Assembly: GCA_964527555.1 (NCBI GenBank)
Contig: CAZGOG010000001.1
Coordinates: forward strand, 52,602 to 116,601
Length of the DNA stretch: 64,000 nt
From: an uncultured Planctomycetia bacterium
Lineage (GTDB): Bacteria; Omnitrophota; Gorgyraeia; Tantalellales; Tantalellaceae
Direction of reading: 5' to 3'
Below are positions 20,347 through 29,947 of this stretch, piece by piece. Position numbers and translations under genes: made by a program. Numbering within the stretch: position 1 is the first letter of the stretch; each line of letters starts with the position of its first letter. Under the pieces are notes generated by a model, which searched no databases, was not told the DNA's origin, and saw nothing but the letters and a program-made list of their open reading frames with translations.

Positions 20347-21462
20347 TTAGGTGCCTACGCCTCTTGCGATGAATACCAAAAGGACCATCCCTACATTGTG
20401 AACAATATGCACCGACATGGAAGAGACGAGTGACCCCGTTTTCTCATAAACGTAGGCCAAGAGTAGCCCAAGCACCATTATCGGCACAAACCCCACTATA
20501 TGCGCGTGCAGAAAAGCAAATATCGCGGAAGTGACCATCATGGCGGCGAATATGCCCATTTTCTCCCTTATGGCTTTATACATGAAACCCCGGAAAAATA
20601 TCTCTTCCGCAATCGGCCCGAAAATAGCGGCAAACATCGTCGAAAGCCAAAGGATGGAGGTCGCTTTCTCCTTCAGAAAAACCTCCACGATAGGCTGAAC
20701 GGGAGGCTGGTACCTGATAAACTTGGTTATGTAAAAAGTAGCTATCATTATGGCTAGGAGTATGGGCACGATCGTCACATACCCCGTAATCCCCAGAAAA
20801 ACGCTTTTACTGAAGCCCTTTAAAGTAAGTCCCAGAGCCTTGGCACTCTGCCCGTGTTTTTTTATGACAAAGTACAGTATGACACTTATACCCACGACGT
20901 TTATGACCGCGGTATTAAAGACCATACGGAAATTCTCGTTGTAAAGAAGGGGGAAGCTCTTCATCGCAAACGACTGCAGGATGACAAAAAGATACCCCCC
21001 GGAAAGAAATATAAGCGTCACCCGCACGATATCGGCGATCGTCCACCGGGGAGTTTCTTTTTCGACTATTTCGATATCAAGCTTCTCTTTTTTCGCCCAC
21101 CTCTTGAGGAAATACGCATCGAGGATCATACCTACAAGGATTATAAAAAGGATGAGAAGGTTAAGCATCCCCAGGAAGAAATAGAGTATCGGCTTCTCCT
21201 TTGCCAGCGCAAGCAGCTTCTCCTGACGTGCCTTTATCTCCTCCTCGCTCAAAAGCGGTTCTTTCCCGGGAGGAGCTTCTTTTTTTACCTCTACAGCTTC
21301 CGGGGTTGTGGTAACTTCTCTCTGGGCTTTTTCGATCCGTTCCCCGATAGTAGCGATAATATTTATCCCGATAATAAAAATCAGAAGGAAAACATAGAGT
21401 CTGTTGTCACGCACTATACTAGAGAGTTTCCGCATAGATAAACTACCCCACTGCTCCTTCAT
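20347..21462 (-). CDS. CPBP-family (CAAX) intramembrane metalloprotease
   Basis: Polytopic membrane protein with EExxxR (IAEEIFFRGF) and FxxxH/HxxxN (FLHAHIVGF...HIVHN) motifs. Confidence 0.75.
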   Translation of the reverse strand: MKEQWGSLSMRKLSSIVRDNRLYVFLLIFIIGINIIATIGERIEKAQREVTTTPEAVEVKKEAPPGKEPLLSEEEIKARQEKLLALAKEKPILYFFLGMLNLLILFIILVGMILDAYFLKRWAKKEKLDIEIVEKETPRWTIADIVRVTLIFLSGGYLFVILQSFAMKSFPLLYNENFRMVFNTAVINVVGISVILYFVIKKHGQSAKALGLTLKGFSKSVFLGITGYVTIVPILLAIMIATFYITKFIRYQPPVQPIVEVFLKEKATSILWLSTMFAAIFGPIAEEIFFRGFMYKAIREKMGIFAAMMVTSAIFAFLHAHIVGFVPIMVLGLLLAYVYEKTGSLVSSMSVHIVHNVGMVLLVFIARGVGT

Positions 21463-22819
21463 GCCTTAACCGGAAAAGGGCACCTCGCGCTTCAACCATC
21501 TTCCGGCATTCCTCGACTGCTTCCTCGCCTATAATATCAAGGCACGTCACTTCAACCTCTATTTTGTCCTCCCTGCATTCTGCAATGAAATCAAGAATAG
21601 CTTTATAGGCGCGTCTTCCGAAGACCGACCGGCACAGGCGGTCATAACCTTCTTCGTTTGGCGCGTTCAGGCTTACGGAAACCCTGTCAACAAGTCCTTT
21701 GAGTTCGCTGCTAATGCGTCTTTCGCTTATGAGGTTACCCTCGCCGTTGGTTGTAAGCCTTACCTTTGTGCCTTTTTCTTTTACGTAAGAGGCGACTTTC
21801 TTGATCGCTTCAAGACGCAGTGTCGGCTCACCGTACCCGCAGAAGACTACCTCGTTATAACCCGACACATCACCCATCGCTTCTATTATCTCACTGGAGG
21901 CGGGCTCCGCGTTAAGTTTAAGGTTATGTCCCTTCGCATAATTGGAATACTGACGCGTACAGAACGCGCATCTATTGGTGCACCTGTTGGTGATATTTAG
22001 ATACAGGGAGTTTCTGATGGGGTAAGCTATAGCGGGCTTCTCTTCTATACCAAGATGGAAAAGCTGGTTCGCATTATGCGTGGTGATCCTTGCGATGTCA
22101 CTGGTACTCAATCTATAAATACCGCTATAAGTCTCAAGAAGATATTTGACATATCCGGGTTCGTTCCGTTTGCCCCTGGAAGGCTCCGGGGTAATATAAG
22201 GCGAATCCGTCTCTAAAAGTAGCCTCTCGGGGGGGACTCTTTTTACTATCTTGCGTAGTTCCTCAGCTTTTTCGAACGTTATATTCCCCGCAAAAGAGAT
22301 ATACATCCCCCGCGAAAGCATCTCTTCCAGAAAAGCCGGCGGCTTTGACGAATAACAGTGCATGACTCCTTTCGCCTGAGGCATGACTTCTGAAAGTATC
22401 TCCAGAAAATCTCCGTCGGCGTCACGGTTATGAAGTATTGCCGGTAGTTCAAGCTCGTTTGCAATAGAGAGGAGCCTGCGAAAAAGCTTCCTCTGGTTTT
22501 CTTTCTTTGAATATCCTTTAAAATAATCAAGTCCTATCTCGCCGATAGCAACGATTTTATCCGAGTTGACGGCTAAGTCCCTTATGCGTGCAATATCATT
22601 ATCCCCTACTTTATCGGCTTCGTGCGGATGAATGCCTGCCGCGGAAAACACACCGGGGTACGCCGCGGCAAGTTTTACCGCCTTCTCGCTGCTGGCGGCG
22701 CTGGTGCCCGGGACGATCACGCGGATGACGCCGCTTTCCGCGGCCCTTCCTAAAACTTCGTCCAGATCATTTTTATAATCCGGAAAATCCAAATGCGAAT
22801 GCGTGTCTACCAGTCTCAT
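21443..22819 (-). CDS. Fused TatD-family metal-dependent DNase and TatD-associated radical SAM domain
   Basis: Residues 1-255 match TatD (LVDTHSHLD, HNRDA, ETDSPY). Residues about 256-458 begin directly with LYLNITNRCTNRCAFCTR (CxxxCxxC radical-SAM cluster). It is a continuous 458-aa frame with no linker or stop. Confidence 0.8.
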   Translation of the reverse strand: MRLVDTHSHLDFPDYKNDLDEVLGRAAESGVIRVIVPGTSAASSEKAVKLAAAYPGVFSAAGIHPHEADKVGDNDIARIRDLAVNSDKIVAIGEIGLDYFKGYSKKENQRKLFRRLLSIANELELPAILHNRDADGDFLEILSEVMPQAKGVMHCYSSKPPAFLEEMLSRGMYISFAGNITFEKAEELRKIVKRVPPERLLLETDSPYITPEPSRGKRNEPGYVKYLLETYSGIYRLSTSDIARITTHNANQLFHLGIEEKPAIAYPIRNSLYLNITNRCTNRCAFCTRQYSNYAKGHNLKLNAEPASSEIIEAMGDVSGYNEVVFCGYGEPTLRLEAIKKVASYVKEKGTKVRLTTNGEGNLISERRISSELKGLVDRVSVSLNAPNEEGYDRLCRSVFGRRAYKAILDFIAECREDKIEVEVTCLDIIGEEAVEECRKMVEARGALFRLRHEGAVG

Positions 22820-23127
22820 TTTAACCCTTCGATTCCTTCCGCTTTAAGAAGTTTTCGTTTTTTTCTTACGCCTTTTGAATATCCCCCTATAGCCCCGTCG
22901 GAAGCGATGACCCTGTGGCAAGGCACGTCCGGCGCGTACGGATTGGCCGAAAGAGCCCTTCCCGCGGCCCTGGCAGATGCGGGTGAACCCGCTTTTCCGG
23001 CTACCTGGGCATAGGTGAGGACCTTGCCTTTGGGGATATCTAAAGTAACTAAAAGAACTTTTTTCTGAAAATTCGTAAGGTGCGGATTATTTTTGATCCT
23101 TCTGCGGTATATGTCTTTCCTGCCCAT
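22816..23127 (-). CDS. Methylated-DNA-protein-cysteine methyltransferase DNA-binding domain protein (mini-Ogt)
   Basis: 103 aa with active-site PCHRV and helix-turn-helix YAQVAGKAG. Its stop overlaps the start of the TatD-rSAM gene (ATGA). Confidence 0.75.
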   Translation of the reverse strand: MGRKDIYRRRIKNNPHLTNFQKKVLLVTLDIPKGKVLTYAQVAGKAGSPASARAAGRALSANPYAPDVPCHRVIASDGAIGGYSKGVRKKRKLLKAEGIEGLK

Positions 23128-23133
23128 ATATAT

Positions 23134-24720
23134 TTATTGTATCCTCGGGAAAAGAGGCCCCCGCTTGGCTACTTTGACACCGCTCGGAAAAGCCTTCCAA
23201 CCGGGCGTTCCCGGACCTTTACTTCCGGCGGCGCTTATCTCCTTCACGCGTGCTTCTTTCTCGACGGCACCCCCTAAAGCAAGCTGATCCCACATCGCCT
23301 GCGCCGTATGCGGCATAAACGGATATAAGGCGATGGCGCTCGTCCTTAACACTTCCAGGAGGTCCAGAATGATGAGTTTTATCGAAGCGGTATCGCCCGC
23401 TTTCGAATACACCCAGGGCGCCGACTCCTCAATGTACTTGTTGGCTTTTCCCGCAACCTTCATGATATCATCAAGAGATTCTTTAAGAAGAAGCTCGGGA
23501 GTAGTCATCTTTTTATGGACTGCCGGAAAAAGTTTCGAGACGGCTTCCTGAAGAGAAGCGCTGCGCTCCTTTTGCGCCTCATCCGCCCCTTCTTTCGGTT
23601 CCTCGGGCGATATGCCGCCGAAATATTTCTCGACCATGGTAAGCGTCCTGTTTAAAAGGTTGCCTAAGTCGTTAGCCAGGTCACTGTTATACATCGTCAC
23701 CAAAGCATCTTCGCTGAAAGTGCCGTCCAACCCCAGGCTTACCGCTTTTATCAGGAAGTATCTCACCGGGTCGATCCCATATTTAGCGACAAGCTTAACC
23801 GGGTCGATCACGTTGCCTTTTGATTTTGACATCTTCTCATCCCCCATCTTCCACCAGCCGTGAGCGAAGATGGTCTTGGGAAGAGCGAGTTTCATGCTTT
23901 TAAGCATTATCGGCCAGTATACCGCGTGATGGCGGATGATGTCTTTGGCGATCATATGAAAATCAGCGGGCCAGAACTCATCAAAGGCGCCTTTCTCCCG
24001 GATGCCCGAAGCGTAATTAATAAGCGCGTCGAACCATACGTAGACGACGTAATCCTTGTCAAACGGTATCTCGACTCCCCACGGAGACCTTGTTTTAGGA
24101 CGTGATATGCACAGGTCCGTAAGATCCTCCCGCAAAAAGCCGAGGACTTCGTTTTTCCTGAACTCGGGACGCACAAAATCGGGGTTTTTGTTGATGTAAT
24201 CGATCAGCCACCCCTGGTACTTGCTCATCCGGAAGAAATAATTCTTCTCCTTTATCCTTTCCACGGGCCTCTTGCAGTCGGGGCATATGCCGCCGGCTGC
24301 CTGGGTGTCCGTCCAGAAAGTCTCGCAGGGCGTACAGAACCAGCCGTCATACTCGCCCTGATAGATGTCGCCGGCGTCCTTCATCTTGGTCAAAAACTCC
24401 TGGACTACTTTCTTGTGGGAAGAGCCTGTGGTGCGCACGAACCCGTCATAGCTTATATCAAGAGTTTCCCAGACCTTTTTGAAATTGTTCACGATACTGT
24501 CGACGAATTCCTTCTCCTGGCCCTGCTTATAACCCGCTTTAAGGCACGCCTCTTCTATTTTCTCGCCGTGCTCGTCCGTGCCGGTGAGAAAGAACACCTC
24601 CTCCCCCAGCATCCTGTGATACCTGGCGAGACTGTCGACCACGACCTGCGTATAGGCATGCCCGATGTGGGGATTGGCGTTAACGTAATATATAGGTGTC
24701 GTTATATAGAACTTTCCCAT
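23134..24720 (-). CDS. metG: Methionyl-tRNA synthetase (short form)
   Basis: 528 aa with HIGH (NPHIGHAYT) and KMSKS motifs and zinc knuckle CPDCKRP. Confidence 0.9.
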   Translation of the reverse strand: MGKFYITTPIYYVNANPHIGHAYTQVVVDSLARYHRMLGEEVFFLTGTDEHGEKIEEACLKAGYKQGQEKEFVDSIVNNFKKVWETLDISYDGFVRTTGSSHKKVVQEFLTKMKDAGDIYQGEYDGWFCTPCETFWTDTQAAGGICPDCKRPVERIKEKNYFFRMSKYQGWLIDYINKNPDFVRPEFRKNEVLGFLREDLTDLCISRPKTRSPWGVEIPFDKDYVVYVWFDALINYASGIREKGAFDEFWPADFHMIAKDIIRHHAVYWPIMLKSMKLALPKTIFAHGWWKMGDEKMSKSKGNVIDPVKLVAKYGIDPVRYFLIKAVSLGLDGTFSEDALVTMYNSDLANDLGNLLNRTLTMVEKYFGGISPEEPKEGADEAQKERSASLQEAVSKLFPAVHKKMTTPELLLKESLDDIMKVAGKANKYIEESAPWVYSKAGDTASIKLIILDLLEVLRTSAIALYPFMPHTAQAMWDQLALGGAVEKEARVKEISAAGSKGPGTPGWKAFPSGVKVAKRGPLFPRIQ

Positions 24721-25529
24721 TTTTCTTTCTTCACTTCCTCTTTTTCCTCGATCACTATGTCCTTCACCTTGCCTTCGCCAAGGTTCACGGTAACGGTCCT
24801 TTTCAGAGGATTGACCGCGATGACCTTGCCTTTGCCGTGTTCGGTCTTTATCTCTTTACCTACTTTGGGCAAGCCCCGGCAGGCTTCCTGATAACATCTG
24901 TTCTCATAGCCGAGACAGCACATGAGCCGTCCGCAAAGACCCGATATCTTCGACGGGTTTAAAGGCAGGTTCTGCATCTTAGCCATTTTTATCGTAACGG
25001 GATCGAAATCTTTCAGAAAAGACATGCAGCAGAGCGTTCTGCCGCAGGGGCCGCAGCCGCCGAGCATCCTGGCTTCGTCCCTTACCCCTATTTGCCTCAG
25101 CTCTATCCGTACGCGGAATATGCTCGCCAGGTTCTTAACCAGCATACGGAAATCCACCCGGTTCTCGGAAGTAAAATAAAAGACTATTTTCGACCGGTCA
25201 AACGAATACTCGGCATCCACGAGTTTCATGGGCAGCCTGTATTCATCGATCTTTTTCTGGCATACGTTCATGAGGTCTTTCGTCTTGGCCTTGTTCTTGG
25301 CGATCTGTTTCTCGTCCCACGGGTTTGCTTTTCTGATGATCTTGCGCAGGGGTTTCTCAAGATTGCTTATGTTAGCTATCGTCTCTACCTGTGAGACCAC
25401 TTCGCCGTACTCAAGCCCCCTGTCGGCTTCGACTATGACTTTGCTGCCTACCTCAAACTTCATACCGCCGGTAATAAAATACTTTATCTCGCCGGCCGTC
25501 CTTAACTGTACCTGTACTACTTCATTCAT
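24702..25529 (-). CDS. ricT: PSP1-domain protein RicT/YaaT-like (Fe-S regulatory complex subunit)
   Basis: 275 aa with PSP1 C-terminal domain and Cys cluster GGCGPCGRTLCCMSF...GLCGRLMCCL. It is adjacent to holB/tmk, as in Bacillus. Confidence 0.8.
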   Translation of the reverse strand: MNEVVQVQLRTAGEIKYFITGGMKFEVGSKVIVEADRGLEYGEVVSQVETIANISNLEKPLRKIIRKANPWDEKQIAKNKAKTKDLMNVCQKKIDEYRLPMKLVDAEYSFDRSKIVFYFTSENRVDFRMLVKNLASIFRVRIELRQIGVRDEARMLGGCGPCGRTLCCMSFLKDFDPVTIKMAKMQNLPLNPSKISGLCGRLMCCLGYENRCYQEACRGLPKVGKEIKTEHGKGKVIAVNPLKRTVTVNLGEGKVKDIVIEEKEEVKKEKWESSI

Positions 25530-25542
25530 CTATCTCACCCGT

Positions 25543-25651
25543 CCTTTATGTCAATCTCCACGGATTAACATCCGTGGTGCCCCTTCGTTCTAAGTGCAAA
25601 ATATCTTTCCTCAGAGATTCATGGTGAGCGAACGAAGTGAGTCGAACCATA
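25543..25651. repeat. Intergenic structured repeat, copy C (short subfamily)
   Basis: CAATCTCCACGGATTAACATCCGTGG...CCTTCGTTCTAAGTGCAAAATATCTTTCCTCAGAGATTCATGGTGAGCGAACGAAGTGAGTCGAACCATA. The stem CTTCGTTC/GAACGAAG replaces CTTGC/GCAAG of the long subfamily. Confidence 0.8.
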
Positions 25652-25671
25652 AAAAAGAGAATCGCTTCTCT

Positions 25672-26649
25672 TTAAGTGCTTTTAATCGCCCCTGCAAGAG
25701 CCTGAGCGACTAGCTTCGGATTTACGTTACCCAAAAGAGCGCGCCTCGTATCTATCAGGCGCTCAACTATCCCGAATATTCTTTCACTTGAATAATTCTT
25801 AAAAAAGCGGTACATCTCACTCTCCATCAGAGAGTTGTCCAGCACCATGCGCTTAAGGCCCTCCCTGGCAAGAGCTATGTCGCGGAAAAACATGATAAGC
25901 ATATCCACGTCTTCCAGAAGAGCGTCTTTATTCTCGCTGGACCAGTTCATGCACGAGGCGTTTTCCTCGCGCGCGATCTCACCGGCTAAAGAGACGATGC
26001 TTTCCTTTCTTTTGTCAAGGCCCTCCTCCAGCATCTGGAGGGCTTTACCCGGTGAGCCCTGGGAAAAACACGCCAGGAACCAGGCAGACTCCTCGCTAAT
26101 ATCCGCCTTCTCCAGGATGATGTCCTTGGTCTCACCCGGAGATAACGGCTGGAACCTTACCTCAGCGCACCTGGATATGACGGTCTCGGCGAGAAGTTCC
26201 TTCTTGTGCGTGATGAGTATTAGAAGCGACTCTCCCGGCGGCTCCTCCAGCACTTTTAAAAGAGCGTTAGCAGCTTCCTGCGTCATCATGTGCGAATCTT
26301 CTATCACAGAGACGTTCACCGGAGCCTCATACGCTTTTAAGTTCAATACATCTTTCGCTTTTCTTATCTCGTCTATCTTAATGGCTTTATTTTTATCCGG
26401 TTTTATCCACAAAAGGTCCGGATGCTCCAGCGTCTCGACCCTCCTGCAGGATGGGCAGATTAAACAGGCGTCCCGGCCGCTTCCTTCACGGCACATGAGC
26501 CTTGCAATAAACGCTTTTGCCGCAAGCGCACGCCCTACGCCTTCGCAGCCGGTGAAAAGGTAGCTGTTGGCGATCCTTGAGGAAGCGAGGCTGCCCTCAA
26601 GGAACCTTACAGCGTTACTCTGCCCTTTTATGTCTTTCAATGAGACCAT
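25672..26649 (-). CDS. holB: DNA polymerase III delta' subunit
   Basis: 325 aa, AAA+ clamp-loader with zinc module CLICPSCRR and SRC motif (ISRCAEVRF). Confidence 0.85.
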   Translation of the reverse strand: MVSLKDIKGQSNAVRFLEGSLASSRIANSYLFTGCEGVGRALAAKAFIARLMCREGSGRDACLICPSCRRVETLEHPDLLWIKPDKNKAIKIDEIRKAKDVLNLKAYEAPVNVSVIEDSHMMTQEAANALLKVLEEPPGESLLILITHKKELLAETVISRCAEVRFQPLSPGETKDIILEKADISEESAWFLACFSQGSPGKALQMLEEGLDKRKESIVSLAGEIAREENASCMNWSSENKDALLEDVDMLIMFFRDIALAREGLKRMVLDNSLMESEMYRFFKNYSSERIFGIVERLIDTRRALLGNVNPKLVAQALAGAIKST

Positions 26650-27268
26650 CTATCATCTCTCTTATAAGTTTATAAGTCTGGCTCTTATCGTCTCTGACCT
26701 TTATGACCTTGATCTTTTCGGGATGCGCCTCAGCCATATGCAGATAGCCTTCGCGTACTTTCCGGTGGAATCCCAAGCTTCTCTTCTCCATCCTGTCAGC
26801 CGGATGTTCCGCCTGTGCCCGGGTGAGACCGGTCTCCACGTCCACGTCAAGAAGTATAGTAAGGTCCGGCGAAATGCCTCCCGTTGCAGCGTTATCGATC
26901 CTTTTTATAAGATCCATATCCATGCCCAGCCCGTATCCCTGGTAGGCAAACGTTGCGGTATTGAACCGGTCGCATATGACGATTTTCTTTTTCTCAAGTG
27001 CCGGACGGATGACTTCTCTTACGTGCTGCGCTCTATCGGCTTCGAAAAGAAAGAGCTCGGTCTCCGCATCAAGCGGCACTTCGTCCTTCTTAAGCAGGAT
27101 CTCCCTCACCTTTTCACCAAGTGCCGTGCTGCCGGGCTCCAGTGTATGCACGCAGTCATATCCCTCTTGAGAAAGCTTCCGGCATAAACGCCGGGAATGC
27201 GTGCTCTTGCCGCTTCCCTCGGGCCCTTCAAACGTTATAAACAGTCCCTTCTCTAGCTCTTTCGCCAT
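26615..27268 (-). CDS. tmk: Thymidylate kinase
   Basis: 217 aa with P-loop FEGPEGSGKST and DRF motif. Confidence 0.9.
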   Translation of the reverse strand: MAKELEKGLFITFEGPEGSGKSTHSRRLCRKLSQEGYDCVHTLEPGSTALGEKVREILLKKDEVPLDAETELFLFEADRAQHVREVIRPALEKKKIVICDRFNTATFAYQGYGLGMDMDLIKRIDNAATGGISPDLTILLDVDVETGLTRAQAEHPADRMEKRSLGFHRKVREGYLHMAEAHPEKIKVIKVRDDKSQTYKLIREMIDGLIERHKRAE

Positions 27269-28707
27269 ACGGGTCCCTCCGGTGTGTCCTCGACAGTTAT
27301 CCCCTTGGACATAAGGTCTTTGCGTATCCTATCGGCTTCTTTATAATCTTTGGCCTGCCTGGCTTTTTCCCTCCGGGCAACCAGCTTTTCGATCTGGCGG
27401 CTTTCCTCCCTGCCGATTTTAGTCCCGCTAAGCGCCAGACCCAGCACACTCGCATACGAAACAATATAATCTCTTAAAGCTTTTAGTTCGCCCGCCTTTA
27501 CGGAATCCCTCATGCTTGCATCAGCAAGGCGTTCGTTGCCGATACTTACAGCTTCGAATATGCTGGCCAGCGCCAAAGGAGTGTTAAAATCATCGTTCAT
27601 CGCCTCCTCAAACTTCTCCGTAAGAGGGATTGTGACTTTCCCGGCCTTCCCGCCAGCGCCTCCGGAAGACTCTTTTATGAATTTTTCGGCTTTGTCAAAA
27701 AATATCATGATCCGCTCCTTGGCGCGTTTTGCCTCCTCCATCCTCCCGTCGCTGTAATCCATGGGGCTTCTGTAATGCGACGTGAGAAACGCCAGTTTGA
27801 GCTGGTCCGGATCGCTGTGCTTCTCCAGAAAGTCGCTCACGGTAATGTAATTACCCAGCGACTTTGACATCTTCTCGCCGCCCACGGTCAAAAGACCGTT
27901 ATGTACCCAGTAATTGGCGAATGGTTTTCCGGTAGCCCCTTCCGCCTGGGCTATCTCGTTCTCATGATGCGGGAAGATTAGATCAAGCCCGCCGCCGTGT
28001 ATATCAAACTGCGCGCCCAGAAGGCGCGTGCTCATAACAGAGCACTCTATATGCCATCCGGGACGACCCTCTCCCCATGGACTGGACCATGAAGGTTCGT
28101 TCTCTTTAGCTTCTTTCCACAGCGCAAAATCCAGGGGGGACTTTTTCTTTTCGTCCGGTTCGACGCGCGCTCCGGCAAGCATCTCTTCTTTATCGCGGTT
28201 GGAAAGCTTGCCGTAGTCCTTGAACTCATCCACGCTGAAGTACACGTCCCCGCCGACGGCATAGCCGTAGCCCTTCTTGATAAGTTTTTCGATGAACTTT
28301 ATCATATCGGGTATATTCTCGGTCGCTTTGGGCTCGGAGGTAGGCTCTTTTATTCCAAGCGCTTCCATCTGGCGGTGGTAGATGTCAAGATAACGCACCG
28401 CGACTTCCTTGGCTTTTTCTTTGAGACGCTTCGAGGAGGAGGCGCCAGTGCCTTCCGTCTCAAGTTCGCTCAGGGCCTTATTTATTATCTTGTCGTCGAC
28501 ATCCGTAACGTTCCTCACAAAACAGACTTTAAAGCCCGTATACTCAAAGTATCTTCTAATAACATCGAAACTATGGGCGCTGCGGGCATGGCCTATATGA
28601 GGCACGTCGTAAACGGTGGGGCCGCAGACGTACATGCTTACCTTGCCGCGCGTTATGGGACGGAACTCCTCTTTTTTTCTAGTAAGGGTGTTATATATCG
28701 TCAACAT
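27253..28707 (-). CDS. cysS: Cysteinyl-tRNA synthetase
   Basis: 484 aa with HIGH (VPHIGHARS) and KMSKS motifs. Confidence 0.9.
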   Translation of the reverse strand: MLTIYNTLTRKKEEFRPITRGKVSMYVCGPTVYDVPHIGHARSAHSFDVIRRYFEYTGFKVCFVRNVTDVDDKIINKALSELETEGTGASSSKRLKEKAKEVAVRYLDIYHRQMEALGIKEPTSEPKATENIPDMIKFIEKLIKKGYGYAVGGDVYFSVDEFKDYGKLSNRDKEEMLAGARVEPDEKKKSPLDFALWKEAKENEPSWSSPWGEGRPGWHIECSVMSTRLLGAQFDIHGGGLDLIFPHHENEIAQAEGATGKPFANYWVHNGLLTVGGEKMSKSLGNYITVSDFLEKHSDPDQLKLAFLTSHYRSPMDYSDGRMEEAKRAKERIMIFFDKAEKFIKESSGGAGGKAGKVTIPLTEKFEEAMNDDFNTPLALASIFEAVSIGNERLADASMRDSVKAGELKALRDYIVSYASVLGLALSGTKIGREESRQIEKLVARREKARQAKDYKEADRIRKDLMSKGITVEDTPEGPVWRKS

Positions 28708-28713
28708 GCTTAT

Positions 28714-29442
28714 CTATGATTCTTTATCTTTCCCCTGGTCTTCGTGATAGTCATTTATCTCATGCTCTATGTGGTCTATCTCATGCTGAAGCCTTTCCAG
28801 CGCCTGCTGGAGGGGGTCTGGAAGCGAGGTGTGATCGAGATTTATCCCGGCGGGGATGCGTTCTCCGCGTCTCTTCGCCACCCGGCCGGGCACTCCCACC
28901 ACGGTCGAGTCATCCGGCACATCCCGGATGACGACGGCATTAGCGCCCACAAGGACGTTATCTCCTACGGTAATATTGCCGAGTATCTTTGCTCCTGCGC
29001 CTACAACAACATTATTTTTAAGCGTGGGGTGCCTTTTTCCTTTTTCTTTTCCCGTACCGCCGAGCGTCACCCCCTGAAAAAGCGTCACATTATCCCCTAC
29101 TACCGCAGTCTCGCCGATAATGACTCCCATACCGTGATCTATAAAAAGACCTTTGCCGATAGTCGCCCCGGGGTGTATCTCTATCCCGGTAAAGGCTCTT
29201 CCCATCTGCGATACTATACGCGGGACGAGCGGGATGGCCATCTCCTTAAGTTTATGCGCGATCTTATAAAACACCAAAGCATGCAGGCCCGAATAGGTGA
29301 AGATGACTTCCGCGTAGTTTGAGGCCGCCGGATCCCTTTCCATGGCCGCCTTTATCTCGTCTATGAAAAACATCTTCATAAGAATATAGAAAAGTACCGC
29401 TAAAATCGCCAATACTATAATCACATAAAGAAAAGTAATCAC
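28714..29442 (-). CDS. cysE: Serine O-acetyltransferase
   Basis: 242 aa with hexapeptide repeats GATIGKGLFIDHGMGVIIGETAVVGDNV. Confidence 0.85.
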   Translation of the reverse strand: MITFLYVIIVLAILAVLFYILMKMFFIDEIKAAMERDPAASNYAEVIFTYSGLHALVFYKIAHKLKEMAIPLVPRIVSQMGRAFTGIEIHPGATIGKGLFIDHGMGVIIGETAVVGDNVTLFQGVTLGGTGKEKGKRHPTLKNNVVVGAGAKILGNITVGDNVLVGANAVVIRDVPDDSTVVGVPGRVAKRRGERIPAGINLDHTSLPDPLQQALERLQHEIDHIEHEINDYHEDQGKDKES

Positions 29443-29479
29443 GACTGTCTCTCCTTGTTTTTATTAAGCTTATACCTTC

Positions 29480-29947
29480 TTATTCCAAAAGCACCGCGGC
29501 ATAGGATGCCACGGCATTACCTTCACCCACCGCACCCAGGCCTTCAGCTGTTTTTGCCTTGATATTCACGCACCTGGTAGAGACCTCCAATAGATCGCTG
29601 ATCACTTTGCGCATCTCTTCCCGATAGGGCGTTATCTTCGGCCTTTCCAGTATGATCACGCAGTCAAGATTGTTGACCCTGGCGCCTTTATCCTTCACTA
29701 AGGAAGCGACACTCTTAAGAAGCGTTCTGCTGGAAACGCCTTTGTATTTTGGGTCCGTATCGGGAAACTTCATTCCTATATCGCCCTCGCCTATCGCGCC
29801 TAAAAGCGCATCGCAAACGGCATGCAGGAGACAATCCCCGTCCGAGTGGCCTTCAGGCCCCTTGGGGTGAGGCATCTCCACCCCTCCCAGTACCATAGGG
29901 CGGCCCTCCGCCAGTCTGTGTATATCGTACCCCACTCCTATCTTCAT
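29480..29947 (-). CDS. ispF: 2-C-methyl-D-erythritol 2,4-cyclodiphosphate synthase
   Basis: 155 aa with IGVGYDIHRL and HSDGD motifs. It is standalone; no ispD is adjacent. Confidence 0.9.
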   Translation of the reverse strand: MKIGVGYDIHRLAEGRPMVLGGVEMPHPKGPEGHSDGDCLLHAVCDALLGAIGEGDIGMKFPDTDPKYKGVSSRTLLKSVASLVKDKGARVNNLDCVIILERPKITPYREEMRKVISDLLEVSTRCVNIKAKTAEGLGAVGEGNAVASYAAVLLE

